DNA of 64,000 bases, from NCBI GenBank assembly GCA_043807085.1, contig JAZDGI010000013.1:1607-65606 (forward strand), in the 5' to 3' direction. A program made the translations under genes and the position numbers. The DNA comes from a bacterium (GTDB lineage: Bacteria; Patescibacteriota; Minisyncoccia; Minisyncoccales; JAZDGI01). Within the stretch, counting starts at the first letter, position 1, and each line of letters opens with the position of its first letter. This document shows positions 53,111-63,138 of the stretch, piece by piece. The notes beneath the pieces were generated by a model. The model was not told the DNA's origin. It saw only the letters and a program-made list of their open reading frames with translations, and did no database searches.

Positions 53111-55041
53111 TGACCAAACCTAAAATAATCAAAGAAGGGGATTCTTATACTGCCAAAGATATTTATGTCTTGGAGGGATTGGAACCTGTTAGAAAACGGC
53201 CGGGAATGTATATTGGAACGACAGGTCTTGAGGGACTGCATCATTTGATTTGGGAGGTAGTGGACAATTCGCTGGACGAAGCAATGGCCGGATACTGCAA
53301 AAATATAGAAGTCGTTCTTTTGTCAAACGGCCAGGTTAGGGTTGCAGACGACGGCCGGGGAATTCCGACCGAAATTCATCCTCAAACCAAAAAATCAGCC
53401 CTAGAGACCGTAATGACTACCCTGCATGCCGGCGCTAAATTCGGCGGTAAATCTTATCAGATCTCGGGCGGTTTGCACGGAGTGGGCGTTTCGGTTGTGT
53501 GCGCTTTGTCCGCTTGGATGAGGGTTGAGGTTTGCCGTAACGGAGTAAAATTTTCTCAAGAGTATGGCCGGGGGAAAGTGAAGACAAAAGTCAAAAAAGA
53601 AGGTAGCTGCCGGCAAACCGGAACTATGGTTATTTTTGAACCAGACTCCCAGATATTTCCTGAAACAAAGTTTGATTTTAAAAAAGTTATCAATCACCTT
53701 CGCCAGCAGGCCTATTTAACCAAGGGAGTGAAAATTAAAATTGTGGATGAGAGAGAAAAGCCGTCAGATTCTTACGTTTTTTATTTTGAGGGAGGACTGG
53801 GTTCTTATGTTAAATATTTGACTAGGGGAGTTACTCTAAGGCATCCCACTATTTTTTATTGCCAGGGAGAGAAAGATGGAGTGCTGGTTGAATCAGCCAT
53901 TCAATATACTGAAGAGTTTGAGTGTTACGAAGAAAGTTTTGCCAACAATATCCATACGGGAGAAGGCGGCACTCATTTAACCGGCTTCCGGTCAGCTTTG
54001 ACGAGGACTTTTAACGATTACGCCAGGAAAAATGGAATATTGAAAGAAAAAGGCGACGAAAACTTGGGTGGAGAAGATATTAGGGAAGGTTTAACAGGCG
54101 TGGTATCGGTGAAAATAAGGGATCCTCAATTTGAGGGCCAGACAAAAGCTAAATTAGGAAATCCCGAGGCAAAATCCGCCGTAGAATCGGTGACAGCTGA
54201 AAATTTAACCGACTTCCTGGAAAGAAATCCTCAAGATGCAAGGGCGATTATTGAAAAGTGCATTCTTTCGCAGAAGGCCCGCAAGGCTGCCAAGACCGCC
54301 AGAGAAACCGTCTTAAGAAAGGGGATTCTGGAAGGTTTGGCATTGCCGGGCAAGCTAGCTGATTGCGCCTCAAGAGATCCTGAAGAATCCGAGCTCTTCA
54401 TAGTGGAAGGCGATTCGGCTGGCGGCAGCTGTAAGATGGGTCGCGATCGGCGGTTTCAGGCTATTCTTCCGTTGCGCGGAAAGATTCTCAATGTGGAAAG
54501 GGCGAGAATTGACAAGGTTCTGGCTTTCAAAGAGATTAAATCTTTAATTATTGCCCTGGGAACGGCCGTGGCAGAAGATTTTGACCCGGAAAAAGTAAGG
54601 TATAAAAGGATAATTTTAACCTTGGATGCGGATGTTGACGGCTCCCATATCAGGACACTGCTTTTAACTCTGTTTTATCGGTATTTTAAGCCCTTGATTG
54701 ACCGGGGTTATCTCTACATTGCCCAGCCGCCGCTTTATAAGATTCAAAGCGGCAAAGAAATAAAATATGTTTATTCGGAAGAACAAAAATTGGCTTTGCT
54801 AAAAACAATGGGAAAGGCGACTGGCATTTCAGTCCAAAGATATAAAGGATTGGGAGAGATGAATCCCGAAGAATTATGGGAAACAACGATGAATCCACAG
54901 AATCGGATTCTGCTTCAGGTTCATATTGACGTCGTCAAGGACGCTGATCGGATTTTTGACACCCTGATGGGAGACGAAGTGTCTCCCCGAAAAAAGTTCA
55001 TTGAGAGCCATGCCAAAAAAGTGAAGAATCTTGACATATAA
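53110..55041 (+). CDS. gyrB: DNA gyrase subunit B.
   Basis: 643 aa; GHKL ATPase and TOPRIM blocks (EGDSAGG, PLRGKILN). Confidence 0.95.
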   Translation: MTKPKIIKEGDSYTAKDIYVLEGLEPVRKRPGMYIGTTGLEGLHHLIWEVVDNSLDEAMAGYCKNIEVVLLSNGQVRVADDGRGIPTEIHPQTKKSALETVMTTLHAGAKFGGKSYQISGGLHGVGVSVVCALSAWMRVEVCRNGVKFSQEYGRGKVKTKVKKEGSCRQTGTMVIFEPDSQIFPETKFDFKKVINHLRQQAYLTKGVKIKIVDEREKPSDSYVFYFEGGLGSYVKYLTRGVTLRHPTIFYCQGEKDGVLVESAIQYTEEFECYEESFANNIHTGEGGTHLTGFRSALTRTFNDYARKNGILKEKGDENLGGEDIREGLTGVVSVKIRDPQFEGQTKAKLGNPEAKSAVESVTAENLTDFLERNPQDARAIIEKCILSQKARKAAKTARETVLRKGILEGLALPGKLADCASRDPEESELFIVEGDSAGGSCKMGRDRRFQAILPLRGKILNVERARIDKVLAFKEIKSLIIALGTAVAEDFDPEKVRYKRIILTLDADVDGSHIRTLLLTLFYRYFKPLIDRGYLYIAQPPLYKIQSGKEIKYVYSEEQKLALLKTMGKATGISVQRYKGLGEMNPEELWETTMNPQNRILLQVHIDVVKDADRIFDTLMGDEVSPRKKFIESHAKKVKNLDI

Positions 55042-55066
55042 CGCATCTTCCGCTATGCTTTAAGCA

Positions 55067-55088
55067 GTGGCGGAGGCGCCACCTTTTT
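55067..55088 (+). terminator. Rho-independent terminator (GTGGCG-gagg-CGCCAC-cTTTTT) after gyrB.
   Basis: Seen directly in the sequence. Confidence 0.7.
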
Positions 55089-55095
55089 AAATACA

Positions 55096-55284
55096 ATGCC
55101 TTCATTCAAACTTGTAAATTTTTTAAAAGAAGTTAAATTGGAATCAGCAAAGGTTAATTGGCCTACCAAAAACCAGACGATAAAATATACTTTGGCTGTC
55201 ATAGGAATATCTTTGGTTATCGCCGTGTTTTTGGGCGGCATAGATAAAATTCTCCAGTTCGTTCTGAATACGTTTATTCTGTAA
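55096..55284 (+). CDS. secE: Preprotein translocase SecE.
   Basis: 62 aa; single C-terminal transmembrane segment; precedes nusG. Confidence 0.8.
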   Translation: MPSFKLVNFLKEVKLESAKVNWPTKNQTIKYTLAVIGISLVIAVFLGGIDKILQFVLNTFIL

Positions 55285-55291
55285 ATAAACA

Positions 55292-55837
55292 ATGCCAAAA
55301 CAGCAACTGCCCCAAGAAAGAAATTGGTATGTCATCCATACTTATTCCGGATACGAAGACGCCGTGGCCAGCAATTTGAAGCAGCGGATTGAGTCTTTGG
55401 GCATGGAAGACAAAATTTTCAACGTTATTGTCCCAAAGGAAAAAAAGATTAGAATAAAAGATGGCAAGAGAAAGGTTACCGAAGAAAAGATTTATCCGGG
55501 ATATGTTTTAGTGGAAATGGTTGTGACCGATGATTCTTGGTATGTGGTCAGAAACACGCCCAATGTTACCGGTTTTGTGGGGGCCGGAACAACTCCGGTG
55601 CCGGTTTCAAAGTCAGAAATTGAAAGCCTTAAAAAGAGAATGGGGGTGGATGAGCCTCAATACAAAATTGAAGTGGAAATAGGGGATTTGGTAAAAATTA
55701 TTGACGGCCCTTTCAAGGATTTTGACGGAAAAGTGTCGGAGATTGACGCAGAGCGGGGCAAAGTTAAAATATTGGTTAATATGTTCGGTCGAGATACGCC
55801 CGTAGAACTGGATTCATTGCAAATCAAAAAAATATGA
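55292..55837 (+). CDS. nusG: Transcription antiterminator NusG.
   Basis: NGN domain [11 protein letters not shown]; KOW motif. Confidence 0.9.
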   Translation: MPKQQLPQERNWYVIHTYSGYEDAVASNLKQRIESLGMEDKIFNVIVPKEKKIRIKDGKRKVTEEKIYPGYVLVEMVVTDDSWYVVRNTPNVTGFVGAGTTPVPVSKSEIESLKKRMGVDEPQYKIEVEIGDLVKIIDGPFKDFDGKVSEIDAERGKVKILVNMFGRDTPVELDSLQIKKI

Positions 55838-56253
55838 AGAAGATAAAAGCAATAGTTAAGCTTCAAATTTCCGCCGGACAGGCTACGCCGGCGCCGCCCG
55901 TCGGCCCGTCTTTAGCCACTCAAGGAGTGAACATTATGGATTTCTGCCAGAAGTTTAATGAATTGACCAAGAATCAGGTCGGCTTTAAAATTCCAGTAGA
56001 GATTACGGTTTACGAAGACAGGACTTATACCTTAGTTTTTAAACAACCGCCCGCTTCGGAGTTATTGAAAAAAGCGGCGGGCATTGAAAAGGGTTCTGGC
56101 CAGCCCAATAAAGTGAAAGTGGCTAAAATAACCAAAGAGCAGTTAAAGAAAATTGCCGAGCAAAAAATGGCCGATTTGAATGCCAGCAGTATTGAAGGCG
56201 CAATGAAGATTATCGCCGGCACAGCCCGCCAAATGGGCATTGAAATAGAGTAA
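55834..56253 (+). CDS. rplK: 50S ribosomal protein L11.
   Basis: 139 aa; [18 protein letters not shown]. Confidence 0.9.
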   Translation: MKKIKAIVKLQISAGQATPAPPVGPSLATQGVNIMDFCQKFNELTKNQVGFKIPVEITVYEDRTYTLVFKQPPASELLKKAAGIEKGSGQPNKVKVAKITKEQLKKIAEQKMADLNASSIEGAMKIIAGTARQMGIEIE

Positions 56254-56258
56254 TAACT

Positions 56259-57101
56259 ATGGAGAAGAAAAGTCTCATTTTATATCTCCCTGTTTTGCAC
56301 AGGGGGTATTTAGAATTTTTAGAAAAAGAAAAGGATAAAATCTCTAATGTTTATATTATGGACGAAAATCTCCAGAAGGAGCTTTCTGAATTTAGTCCGG
56401 ATATTGCCGCTATTGATAGCGAAGGAACTATCAAAATTTTGAATGCGATTGGCATAACCAATACGGCAAGCGTTTCTTTGGATAATATTGGGAAAGTTGC
56501 TCAAAGCGGCGGCACAATTCTTATTGACGATGAAATTTCGCGAAATTTGGCTAAGAAATATTTGAAAGATAAAGACGTAGAGTGGCGAACGGTTTTTTTC
56601 CGCCACGACAAGAAAGAGGTTCTTGTTGAAAAACCGCCAGAAAACGTCGTCGTCTCAAAAGACCCATTTGATGTTGGAATGATGAACGAGGCCCGCAAAG
56701 AAGCGCAGAAAACAGGGGATTGGTGGCGACAAATCGGAGCGGTTTTGGTAAAAAATAAAGAAATTTTAATCTGCGGCTACAATAGAGACTTGCCTTCAGA
56801 CCACACGCCATATCAAGTTGGCGAAGCTAGAGACTTTTTTAAGGCCGGGGAAAGACAGGAATTAGCAAGTACTATTCATGCCGAACAAAACATTGTCGCT
56901 CAAGCTGCCAAAAAAGGGATTTCCATTGAAGGAGCATCTCTTTATGTTACCACCTTTCCTTGTCCGGTTTGCGCCAAATTAATCGCTTGCTCTGGTATAA
57001 AAAATCTTTATTTTAGCGAGGGCGGTTCCAATTTTGACGCTCAAAAAGTCCTAGTTTCTGCTGGAGTCAAAATCATTTGCGTCCCAACAAATTTTATGTA
57101 G
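56259..57101 (+). CDS. dCMP deaminase (ComEB-like) with a ~130-aa N-terminal extension of unknown function.
   Basis: C-terminal HAEQNIV...PCPVCAKLI zinc motif; the N-terminal 130 aa carry no recognised motif. Confidence 0.7.
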   Translation: MEKKSLILYLPVLHRGYLEFLEKEKDKISNVYIMDENLQKELSEFSPDIAAIDSEGTIKILNAIGITNTASVSLDNIGKVAQSGGTILIDDEISRNLAKKYLKDKDVEWRTVFFRHDKKEVLVEKPPENVVVSKDPFDVGMMNEARKEAQKTGDWWRQIGAVLVKNKEILICGYNRDLPSDHTPYQVGEARDFFKAGERQELASTIHAEQNIVAQAAKKGISIEGASLYVTTFPCPVCAKLIACSGIKNLYFSEGGSNFDAQKVLVSAGVKIICVPTNFM

Positions 57102-57110
57102 AATAAGGGC

Positions 57111-57932
57111 ATGAAACAATATTTGGATCTATTAAAATATGTTTTGGAGAATGGCGAGAGGAAGGGTGATCCCCAAGGAGTGGGAAATATCGCCGTTTGC
57201 GGCTATCAGATGAGGTTCAAAATGGATGACGGCTTTCCCTTATTGACAACTAAAAAAATGCCTTTAAAATCCATTATTTACGAACTTTTATGGTTTTTAA
57301 AGGGCGATACTAATGTGAAATACCTCCAAGACCACGGAGTGACTATTTGGGACGAGTGGGCTACTCCAGAGGCTTGCGCAAAATACGGTTTTCCTACTGG
57401 CGAATTAGGCCCGATTTACGGCGAAAAATGGCGGGCTTGGAAAACAAGAGACGGCAGAACGATCGATCAAATATCCAATGTGATAAAAGAGTTAAAAGAA
57501 TTTCCAGACACGAGAAGGCTGGTCGTAACAAGCTGGGATCCGGAAGACGTTGACAAAGTTTTCGTCGCTCCCTGCCATTGTTTTTTCAAGTTTTTCCACG
57601 CCCAAGGGAAATTATCCCTGCACTTATTCCAAAGAAGTTGCGATGTATTTTTGGGGGTGCCCTTTAATATCGCTTCTTATTCGTTGCTTTTAATGATGTT
57701 GGCTCAAGCGACCGGTTTGAAAGCCCACGAATTTGTCCATACGTTGTCAGATACCCATATTTATTTAAATCATATTGAGCAGGTAAAACTTCAGTTAACT
57801 CGGGAACCGAAACCTTTGCCTAAAATAATTTTAAATCCAGAAATAAAAAATATCTTCGATTTTGATTACGAAGATTTTAAACTAGAAGGTTATGATCCGT
57901 ACCCGGCAATTAAGGCTGAGATCGGCATCTAG
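57111..57932 (+). CDS. thyA: Thymidylate synthase ThyA.
   Basis: [11 protein letters not shown]...[22 protein letters not shown] is near-colinear with E. coli ThyA. Confidence 0.9.
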   Translation: MKQYLDLLKYVLENGERKGDPQGVGNIAVCGYQMRFKMDDGFPLLTTKKMPLKSIIYELLWFLKGDTNVKYLQDHGVTIWDEWATPEACAKYGFPTGELGPIYGEKWRAWKTRDGRTIDQISNVIKELKEFPDTRRLVVTSWDPEDVDKVFVAPCHCFFKFFHAQGKLSLHLFQRSCDVFLGVPFNIASYSLLLMMLAQATGLKAHEFVHTLSDTHIYLNHIEQVKLQLTREPKPLPKIILNPEIKNIFDFDYEDFKLEGYDPYPAIKAEIGI

Positions 57933-58369
57933 CCGATAGGAAAATTGACGGTTAGGGACCTGCTTGTTTTTTTATTTATTTTAGGAGAAATGATATGAAA
58001 ATGGATATGGGCCACCGAAGCTCCTGTAAAATCAGTATCGCCGAATCTCATGCAAATCGCCCCGCCTTTTATTTTAAAGTTTTTAATCGCCCAATTAGTT
58101 AAAAAAGAAACGTCCTCAAAATCATTTTTTTTCAATTCGGAAAAATTTTCATAATGTTTCTTCCCGACGATTAAAAGATGCTCGATGGTATTTTTATACG
58201 GCCAGCTGTTGTTGGTCAGAAACCAATTTCCCTTTGTTTTATAAATTGGTTTTTTATGGTATTTGAAATTTTCTGGACAAAAAGGGCATCTGCCGGTTTT
58301 GGCGATTTTTTCAATTACTTTTTTATACTCTCCCTTTCTGGCGTTTTTAGTATCGACAAATTTTTTCAT
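57929..58369 (-). CDS. HIT-family nucleotide hydrolase with an N-terminal CPFCP.
   Basis: Histidine triad HIHFHII; 146 aa. Confidence 0.7.
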   Translation of the reverse strand: MKKFVDTKNARKGEYKKVIEKIAKTGRCPFCPENFKYHKKPIYKTKGNWFLTNNSWPYKNTIEHLLIVGKKHYENFSELKKNDFEDVSFLTNWAIKNFKIKGGAICMRFGDTDFTGASVAHIHFHIISPKINKKTSRSLTVNFPIG

Positions 58370-58917
58370 AAAGCCTGTTGCCCCTTCTTCGTCATATTAG
58401 ACAGCATTGCTTCAAGGTGTGTTTTCATCATTCTCTCGATGATTTCAGTGGTGGATGTTTTTTCGGCTTGCCTCGGGAAAATAACCACTTCGTCGGAATA
58501 TGATTTTATATTTTTGATCTGCTCTTCGGGATAGGCTTCGGGAGTGGCCACGAAAAAGTTGGGCCTTATTACTTTGATCAGTTCGTATTGCCATTTTCCT
58601 TCCTCGTCTATGTCGTCAATCAAAGTGACGTAATCCACGCATTCCTGATATTTCAACATTTCCATTCTTTCTTCTTGGGGAATGACTGGTCTCAATTTAT
58701 TCTTTTTATACAATTTTATTCCTCTGTCGCTGTCTACGCCAACAACCAACACGTCGCCATGCTCTTTTGCTCGAATCAAGTACCTTAAGTGCCCAATATG
58801 AAGCATGTCCCAGGAACCTACGGTGCAGACTATTTTGTGTCCCAGGGTTTTATGGGCGTCAATGATTTTTTTCAGCTCCTGATAATCTTGAATAATATGG
58901 TTATTTTGCACTTTCAT
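58366..58917 (-). CDS. Cytidylyltransferase-family nucleotidyltransferase (TagD/RibL-like).
   Basis: GSWDMLHIGH (HxGH motif); KTSTTEI (ISTT motif); 183 aa. Confidence 0.6.
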   Translation of the reverse strand: MKVQNNHIIQDYQELKKIIDAHKTLGHKIVCTVGSWDMLHIGHLRYLIRAKEHGDVLVVGVDSDRGIKLYKKNKLRPVIPQEERMEMLKYQECVDYVTLIDDIDEEGKWQYELIKVIRPNFFVATPEAYPEEQIKNIKSYSDEVVIFPRQAEKTSTTEIIERMMKTHLEAMLSNMTKKGQQAL

Positions 58918-58940
58918 ATATTTTAAGATAGTATATTATT

Positions 58941-59420
58941 ATGATTATATCAATTATCGCCGCCATAGGCAACGATCGTGTTATCGGAAAAAATAACAAG
59001 CTTCCTTGGAATTTACCTGAAGATATGGAACATTTTAAGAAATTGACCATGGGCAAACCCGTAATTATGGGGCAGAGAACCTTTGAATCAATAGGGAGGC
59101 CCTTGCCCGAAAGAAAAAATATTATCTTGAGCCGCGATGATAATTTTCAGACTTCGGGCTGTTTGGTTGCCAAGTCAATCGATGAAGCGCTAGAGGCGGC
59201 CAGAGAGACAAAAGCCGCCGAAGTTATGATAATAGGCGGGGAGTCAGTTTACGTGCAATTCTTGCCGTTAGCCGATAAAATGTATCTTACTGTCGTAGAA
59301 GGTGACTTTGAAGGCGATGCATATTTTCCAGAGTTTAGTTATAATGAGTGGAAGGAAACAGAAAGGGTTGATAATAATGGGTATAGTTTTATTACCTTAG
59401 AAAGGCAATATGGATTTTAG
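58941..59420 (+). CDS. folA: Dihydrofolate reductase.
   Basis: IAAIGNDRVIG, LPW and TFESIGRPLP motifs; 159 aa. Confidence 0.85.
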   Translation: MIISIIAAIGNDRVIGKNNKLPWNLPEDMEHFKKLTMGKPVIMGQRTFESIGRPLPERKNIILSRDDNFQTSGCLVAKSIDEALEAARETKAAEVMIIGGESVYVQFLPLADKMYLTVVEGDFEGDAYFPEFSYNEWKETERVDNNGYSFITLERQYGF

Positions 59421-59739
59421 AGAATATCAAAAATTAAGCAGAAAAACAGCCATATACCCGAATCTTGATAAAAATTTTATTTATCCTACTTTGGGTCTAG
59501 TAGGGGAATCTGGGGAGGTAGCCGAAATCATCAAAAGAATTATCAGGGATAATAACAATATTGTTGATGAAAAAGTAAAAATGGAATTGACAAAAGAGCT
59601 GGGGGATGTTTTATGGTATCTATCACAGTTAGCAATGGAATTTAATCTTTCTTTGGATGAAATAGCATCGGATAACATCAAAAAATTACAGGACAGAAAA
59701 GCCCGTGACTCTCTCCACGGCAAAGGCAACGAAAGATAA
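59410..59739 (+). CDS. MazG-like nucleoside triphosphate pyrophosphohydrolase.
   Basis: GLVGESGEVAE...ELGDVLWYL, the EExxE...ELGD MazG fold. Confidence 0.7.
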   Translation: MDFREYQKLSRKTAIYPNLDKNFIYPTLGLVGESGEVAEIIKRIIRDNNNIVDEKVKMELTKELGDVLWYLSQLAMEFNLSLDEIASDNIKKLQDRKARDSLHGKGNER

Positions 59740-59743
59740 AAAA

Positions 59744-60211
59744 ATGGAAAAAGAAAAATCTATTTATATTTGCGGGCCGCTTACCGAGCTGCTTCCAGAG
59801 GAGCAACAACGAGTAAAAAATTTTTATGTGAAGCTCGCCGACGCGTGCGAAGAGATAACCTGCATAAGGGCTTTCGTGCCTCACGAACATTACGATCCGA
59901 TTAAGCAGGCAAATTATACTCCCCAGCAGGTTGATGAAGCGGAGAGAAAGCAGGTTTGCGAGAACGCTTCTTTTGTTTTAGTTGTTGCGATTGCGCCTTC
60001 TTGGGGCGGTGGCATTGAAGTGGAAATGGCTAATAGAAGCGGTGTTCCTGTAATAGTTTTATGCGAGAAAGAAAAATTGGAACAAAGAAAAATTTCTCGT
60101 CTTTTACGAGGAAACCCGGCAGTTGTTTCAATAATTATCTATACATCCGAAGAAGAAGCTATTGAAAAATTACAGGAGGAATTAAGTGTTCGCGCGAGTA
60201 AGGCAATATAA
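59744..60211 (+). CDS. Nucleoside 2-deoxyribosyltransferase-like / dNMP N-hydrolase (Rcl/DNPH1-like). Start chosen at MEKEKS.
   Basis: IYICGPL N-terminal motif; GGGIEVEMANRSGVPVI (catalytic Glu context). Confidence 0.55.
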   Translation: MEKEKSIYICGPLTELLPEEQQRVKNFYVKLADACEEITCIRAFVPHEHYDPIKQANYTPQQVDEAERKQVCENASFVLVVAIAPSWGGGIEVEMANRSGVPVIVLCEKEKLEQRKISRLLRGNPAVVSIIIYTSEEEAIEKLQEELSVRASKAI

Positions 60212-60219
60212 TAAAAACT

Positions 60220-60873
60220 ATGGAATACGCCAAGCTTATAGACCAGACGTTTTTGAAGAAGGGCGCGGGAGAGGATGAGATAAAAAAAGTTTGCGAGGAA
60301 GCGAAAAAATACGGCTTCCGGGCGTTTTGTATTTATCCCGAACACACAAAATGGGCTAAAGAATTTTTGAAAGATGCGGCTGTTAAGATAACGACTTTGA
60401 TTGACGCGCCCACGGGAGTAAGCGAGACAAAAGACCGGAAAAAAATGATTGAAAGCGCGGGCAGAGCCGGCAGCGATGAAATTGAGTTAGTGATGAAAAT
60501 AGACGCTTTCAAAAATAAAAAATATGACGAAGTTTTAACCGATCTAAGGGAGCTCTGTAAGATTCTGCCGACAAAAGTCATAATTGGTTCCGGCTATTTA
60601 ACCGACGAAGAAATAAAAAAAGCCTCGGAAATGGTCAAGGAAGCCGGGGCCATTTGCGTTAAAACCGCCACGGTTGACGACCCTTTAGACAGCACGGAAT
60701 TAGTAGAGAAAGCAAAGCACATAAAAATTATGCGAGAATCAGCTCCGGGGATTTTGGTAAAAGCGTCGGGCGCCATCCGAACTTTGGCTGATTTGAAGGT
60801 GATGGTTGACGCCGGCGCGGATATTATCGGCACGAGTTCTGGCGTTGAAATTATTGAGGAATCTAAAAAATAA
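60220..60873 (+). CDS. deoC: Deoxyribose-phosphate aldolase.
   Basis: VKTATV...VKASGAIRT (Schiff-base Lys region); 217 aa. Confidence 0.8.
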   Translation: MEYAKLIDQTFLKKGAGEDEIKKVCEEAKKYGFRAFCIYPEHTKWAKEFLKDAAVKITTLIDAPTGVSETKDRKKMIESAGRAGSDEIELVMKIDAFKNKKYDEVLTDLRELCKILPTKVIIGSGYLTDEEIKKASEMVKEAGAICVKTATVDDPLDSTELVEKAKHIKIMRESAPGILVKASGAIRTLADLKVMVDAGADIIGTSSGVEIIEESKK

Positions 60874-62259
60874 ATGGCATACAAACCGACAATCGGCTTA
60901 GAAATTCATATTGAATTAAACACGAAGAGCAAAATGTTTTGCTCTTGCTTGAATAATCCTGATGAGCGCAAGCCAAATATAAATATCTGTCCGGTCTGTA
61001 CGGCCCAGCCCGGAACGCTTCCGGTAATAAACGAAGAAGCGGTCAGAAAGGTGATTAAAACCGGATTATCTTTAAATTGCCAGATTCCGGAATTTTCCAA
61101 GTTTGATAGAAAAAATTATTTCTATCCCGACTTGCCTAAGGGTTATCAGATTTCTCAATACGATAAACCGTTATGCGAAAATGGATTTTTGGAGATCGGA
61201 TCTCCGATTTTTAAGAAAATAAGAATAACAAGAGTGCATCTGGAAGAAGATACAGCCAGATTGATTCATGAAAAAGACACCTCTCTTGTTGATTTTAATC
61301 GAGCTGGCATTCCTTTGATGGAATTGGTAACCGAGCCGGATATCAATTCCGCCAAAGAGGCAAAACAATTCGCCGAGGAGCTGCATTTGATTATGCATTA
61401 TCTTGATGTTTCCGACGCTGACATGGAAAAAGGAGAAATGAGAGTTGAGGTTAATATCTCACTCTCTAAGGATTCTAAGCTGGGAACAAAAGTTGAAATC
61501 AAAAATTTAAATTCTTTTAGGTCGGTAGAGAGGGGGATTGATTACGAAATTGAAAGGCAGACAAAGGTTTTAGAATCTAAGGGAAAAGTTATCCAAGAAA
61601 CCCGCGGCTGGCTCGATGTCAAAGGGATTACGGTAAGCCAGAGAGAAAAAGAAGAGGCCTATGACTATCGGTATTTTCCAGAGCCAGACTTGCCGCCTCT
61701 TCATTTTACGAGAGAAGAAGTGGAAAGAATCAGGGTTGGAATCCCGGAGCTGCCGCAGCTCAGGCAAGAGAGGTTCATTAAAGAATATCAGCTTGACAGA
61801 GATAGCGCCGTTACTTTGGTCTACAACAAAGAGTTAGGAGATCGTTTTGAAAAATCCGCCGTAACATTGCCGAAAGACTTATTTAAAACAGCTTCAGATT
61901 TTTTAATCAATACCGAAGCGAAGAATTACGATATTCCGCCAGCTCATTTTAATCAGCTGATGGTTTTAATCAAAGATGGGAAAATATCAAATATTGCGGC
62001 TAAAGAAATTTTAACTGAAATAATTGAGCAAGATCCCTCGGCAGTAATTGAGAAAAGGGGATTGGGCCAAGTAAGCGACGTCAAAGAGCTGAAAAAAATA
62101 GCTGAAGAAATCGTAAAAAACAACCAAAAGGTTGTTGGAGATTTAAAGGCTGGCAAGGCTAACGCCCTCCAGTTCTTGATCGGCCAGACGATGGCTAAAA
62201 CCAAGGGCCGGGCCAATCCTGAGCTAGTCAGAGATATTTTGCAGAAACTTCTCGGTTAA
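60874..62259 (+). CDS. gatB: Asp/Glu-tRNA amidotransferase subunit B.
   Basis: 461 aa; GLEIHIELNT...; CxxC; MELVTEPD. Confidence 0.9.
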   Translation: MAYKPTIGLEIHIELNTKSKMFCSCLNNPDERKPNINICPVCTAQPGTLPVINEEAVRKVIKTGLSLNCQIPEFSKFDRKNYFYPDLPKGYQISQYDKPLCENGFLEIGSPIFKKIRITRVHLEEDTARLIHEKDTSLVDFNRAGIPLMELVTEPDINSAKEAKQFAEELHLIMHYLDVSDADMEKGEMRVEVNISLSKDSKLGTKVEIKNLNSFRSVERGIDYEIERQTKVLESKGKVIQETRGWLDVKGITVSQREKEEAYDYRYFPEPDLPPLHFTREEVERIRVGIPELPQLRQERFIKEYQLDRDSAVTLVYNKELGDRFEKSAVTLPKDLFKTASDFLINTEAKNYDIPPAHFNQLMVLIKDGKISNIAAKEILTEIIEQDPSAVIEKRGLGQVSDVKELKKIAEEIVKNNQKVVGDLKAGKANALQFLIGQTMAKTKGRANPELVRDILQKLLG

Positions 62260-63138
62260 ATTCTCGGCTTTTCGGTAGTCCTCAATCCATTTAATTCGTT
62301 TATCTTTTTTGAACCAGGTCATTTGCCGTTTGGCAAAATGCCGAGTGTTTTTTTTGATTCTTTCAACCGCCTCGGCCAAAGAAATTTTTTTGGTTAAATA
62401 ATCAATAATCTCTTTATATCCGATGGCGTCAAAAGCCGGCAGATTTTTGCCGTAAAGGCGAACAAGTTTTTTAACTTCCTTCATTAAGCCGTCTTCCATC
62501 ATTTTATCCGTTCTTTTTTCGATTTTTTCTATTAATTTTTCTTTGCTTGGCTCACGGCCGATAATCAGGGGGTTAAAAAGCGGTTTTCCTTTTTTTCTTT
62601 GCTGGGAAAATGGTTTCTTGGTCTTAATCGCCACCTCAAGCGCCCTGATAATTCGCCGCGGATTTTGAGGATCAACGATATAAGCCGCTTCCGGATCAAT
62701 TTCAATAAGTTCATCATAAAGGCTTCTTAATCCCTGTTTTTTAATTTTTAATTCTAATTTTTTTCTCAATTTAAAATCCGGTTTCACCTGCGGGATTTCT
62801 AAATTATCAATCACTGATTTTAAATAAAGTCCGGTTCCGCCGACTAAAAAGGGAACTTTGCCCTTTTGAATGATTTTATTAATGGCCTTAATCGCGTCTT
62901 TTTTATATTGCCAAGCAGTGTAGAGCTGATTCGGATTTTTAATATCAATCAAATAATGCTTAATCGTTTCCATGTCTTTTTTCCCGGGTTTGGCCGTGCC
63001 GATATTCATGCCTTTGTAAACCTGCCTTGAATCAGCCGAAACAACTTCGCCGCTGAATTTCTCGGCAAGCCTTATAGCCAACTCGGTTTTGCCCGAAGCG
63101 GTCGGGCCTAGTATAACAATGAGTTTAGGATTTTCCAT
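62224..63138 (-). CDS. miaA: tRNA dimethylallyltransferase.
   Basis: GPTASGKT P-loop; ADSRQVYKGMNIGTAKP. Confidence 0.9.
   Translation of the reverse strand: MENPKLIVILGPTASGKTELAIRLAEKFSGEVVSADSRQVYKGMNIGTAKPGKKDMETIKHYLIDIKNPNQLYTAWQYKKDAIKAINKIIQKGKVPFLVGGTGLYLKSVIDNLEIPQVKPDFKLRKKLELKIKKQGLRSLYDELIEIDPEAAYIVDPQNPRRIIRALEVAIKTKKPFSQQRKKGKPLFNPLIIGREPSKEKLIEKIEKRTDKMMEDGLMKEVKKLVRLYGKNLPAFDAIGYKEIIDYLTKKISLAEAVERIKKNTRHFAKRQMTWFKKDKRIKWIEDYRKAENLTEKFLQNISD

Noticed and set aside
55042-55095. Search for rpmG (L33) or tRNA-Trp upstream of secE.
   Set aside because: Only 54 nt of intergenic sequence, occupied by the gyrB terminator; no ORF or cloverleaf found.
58178-58788. Plus-strand ORFs 58178..58534 and 58588..58788.
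   Set aside because: They are antisense to the HIT and cytidylyltransferase genes, which have clear family motifs; the translations are low-complexity.
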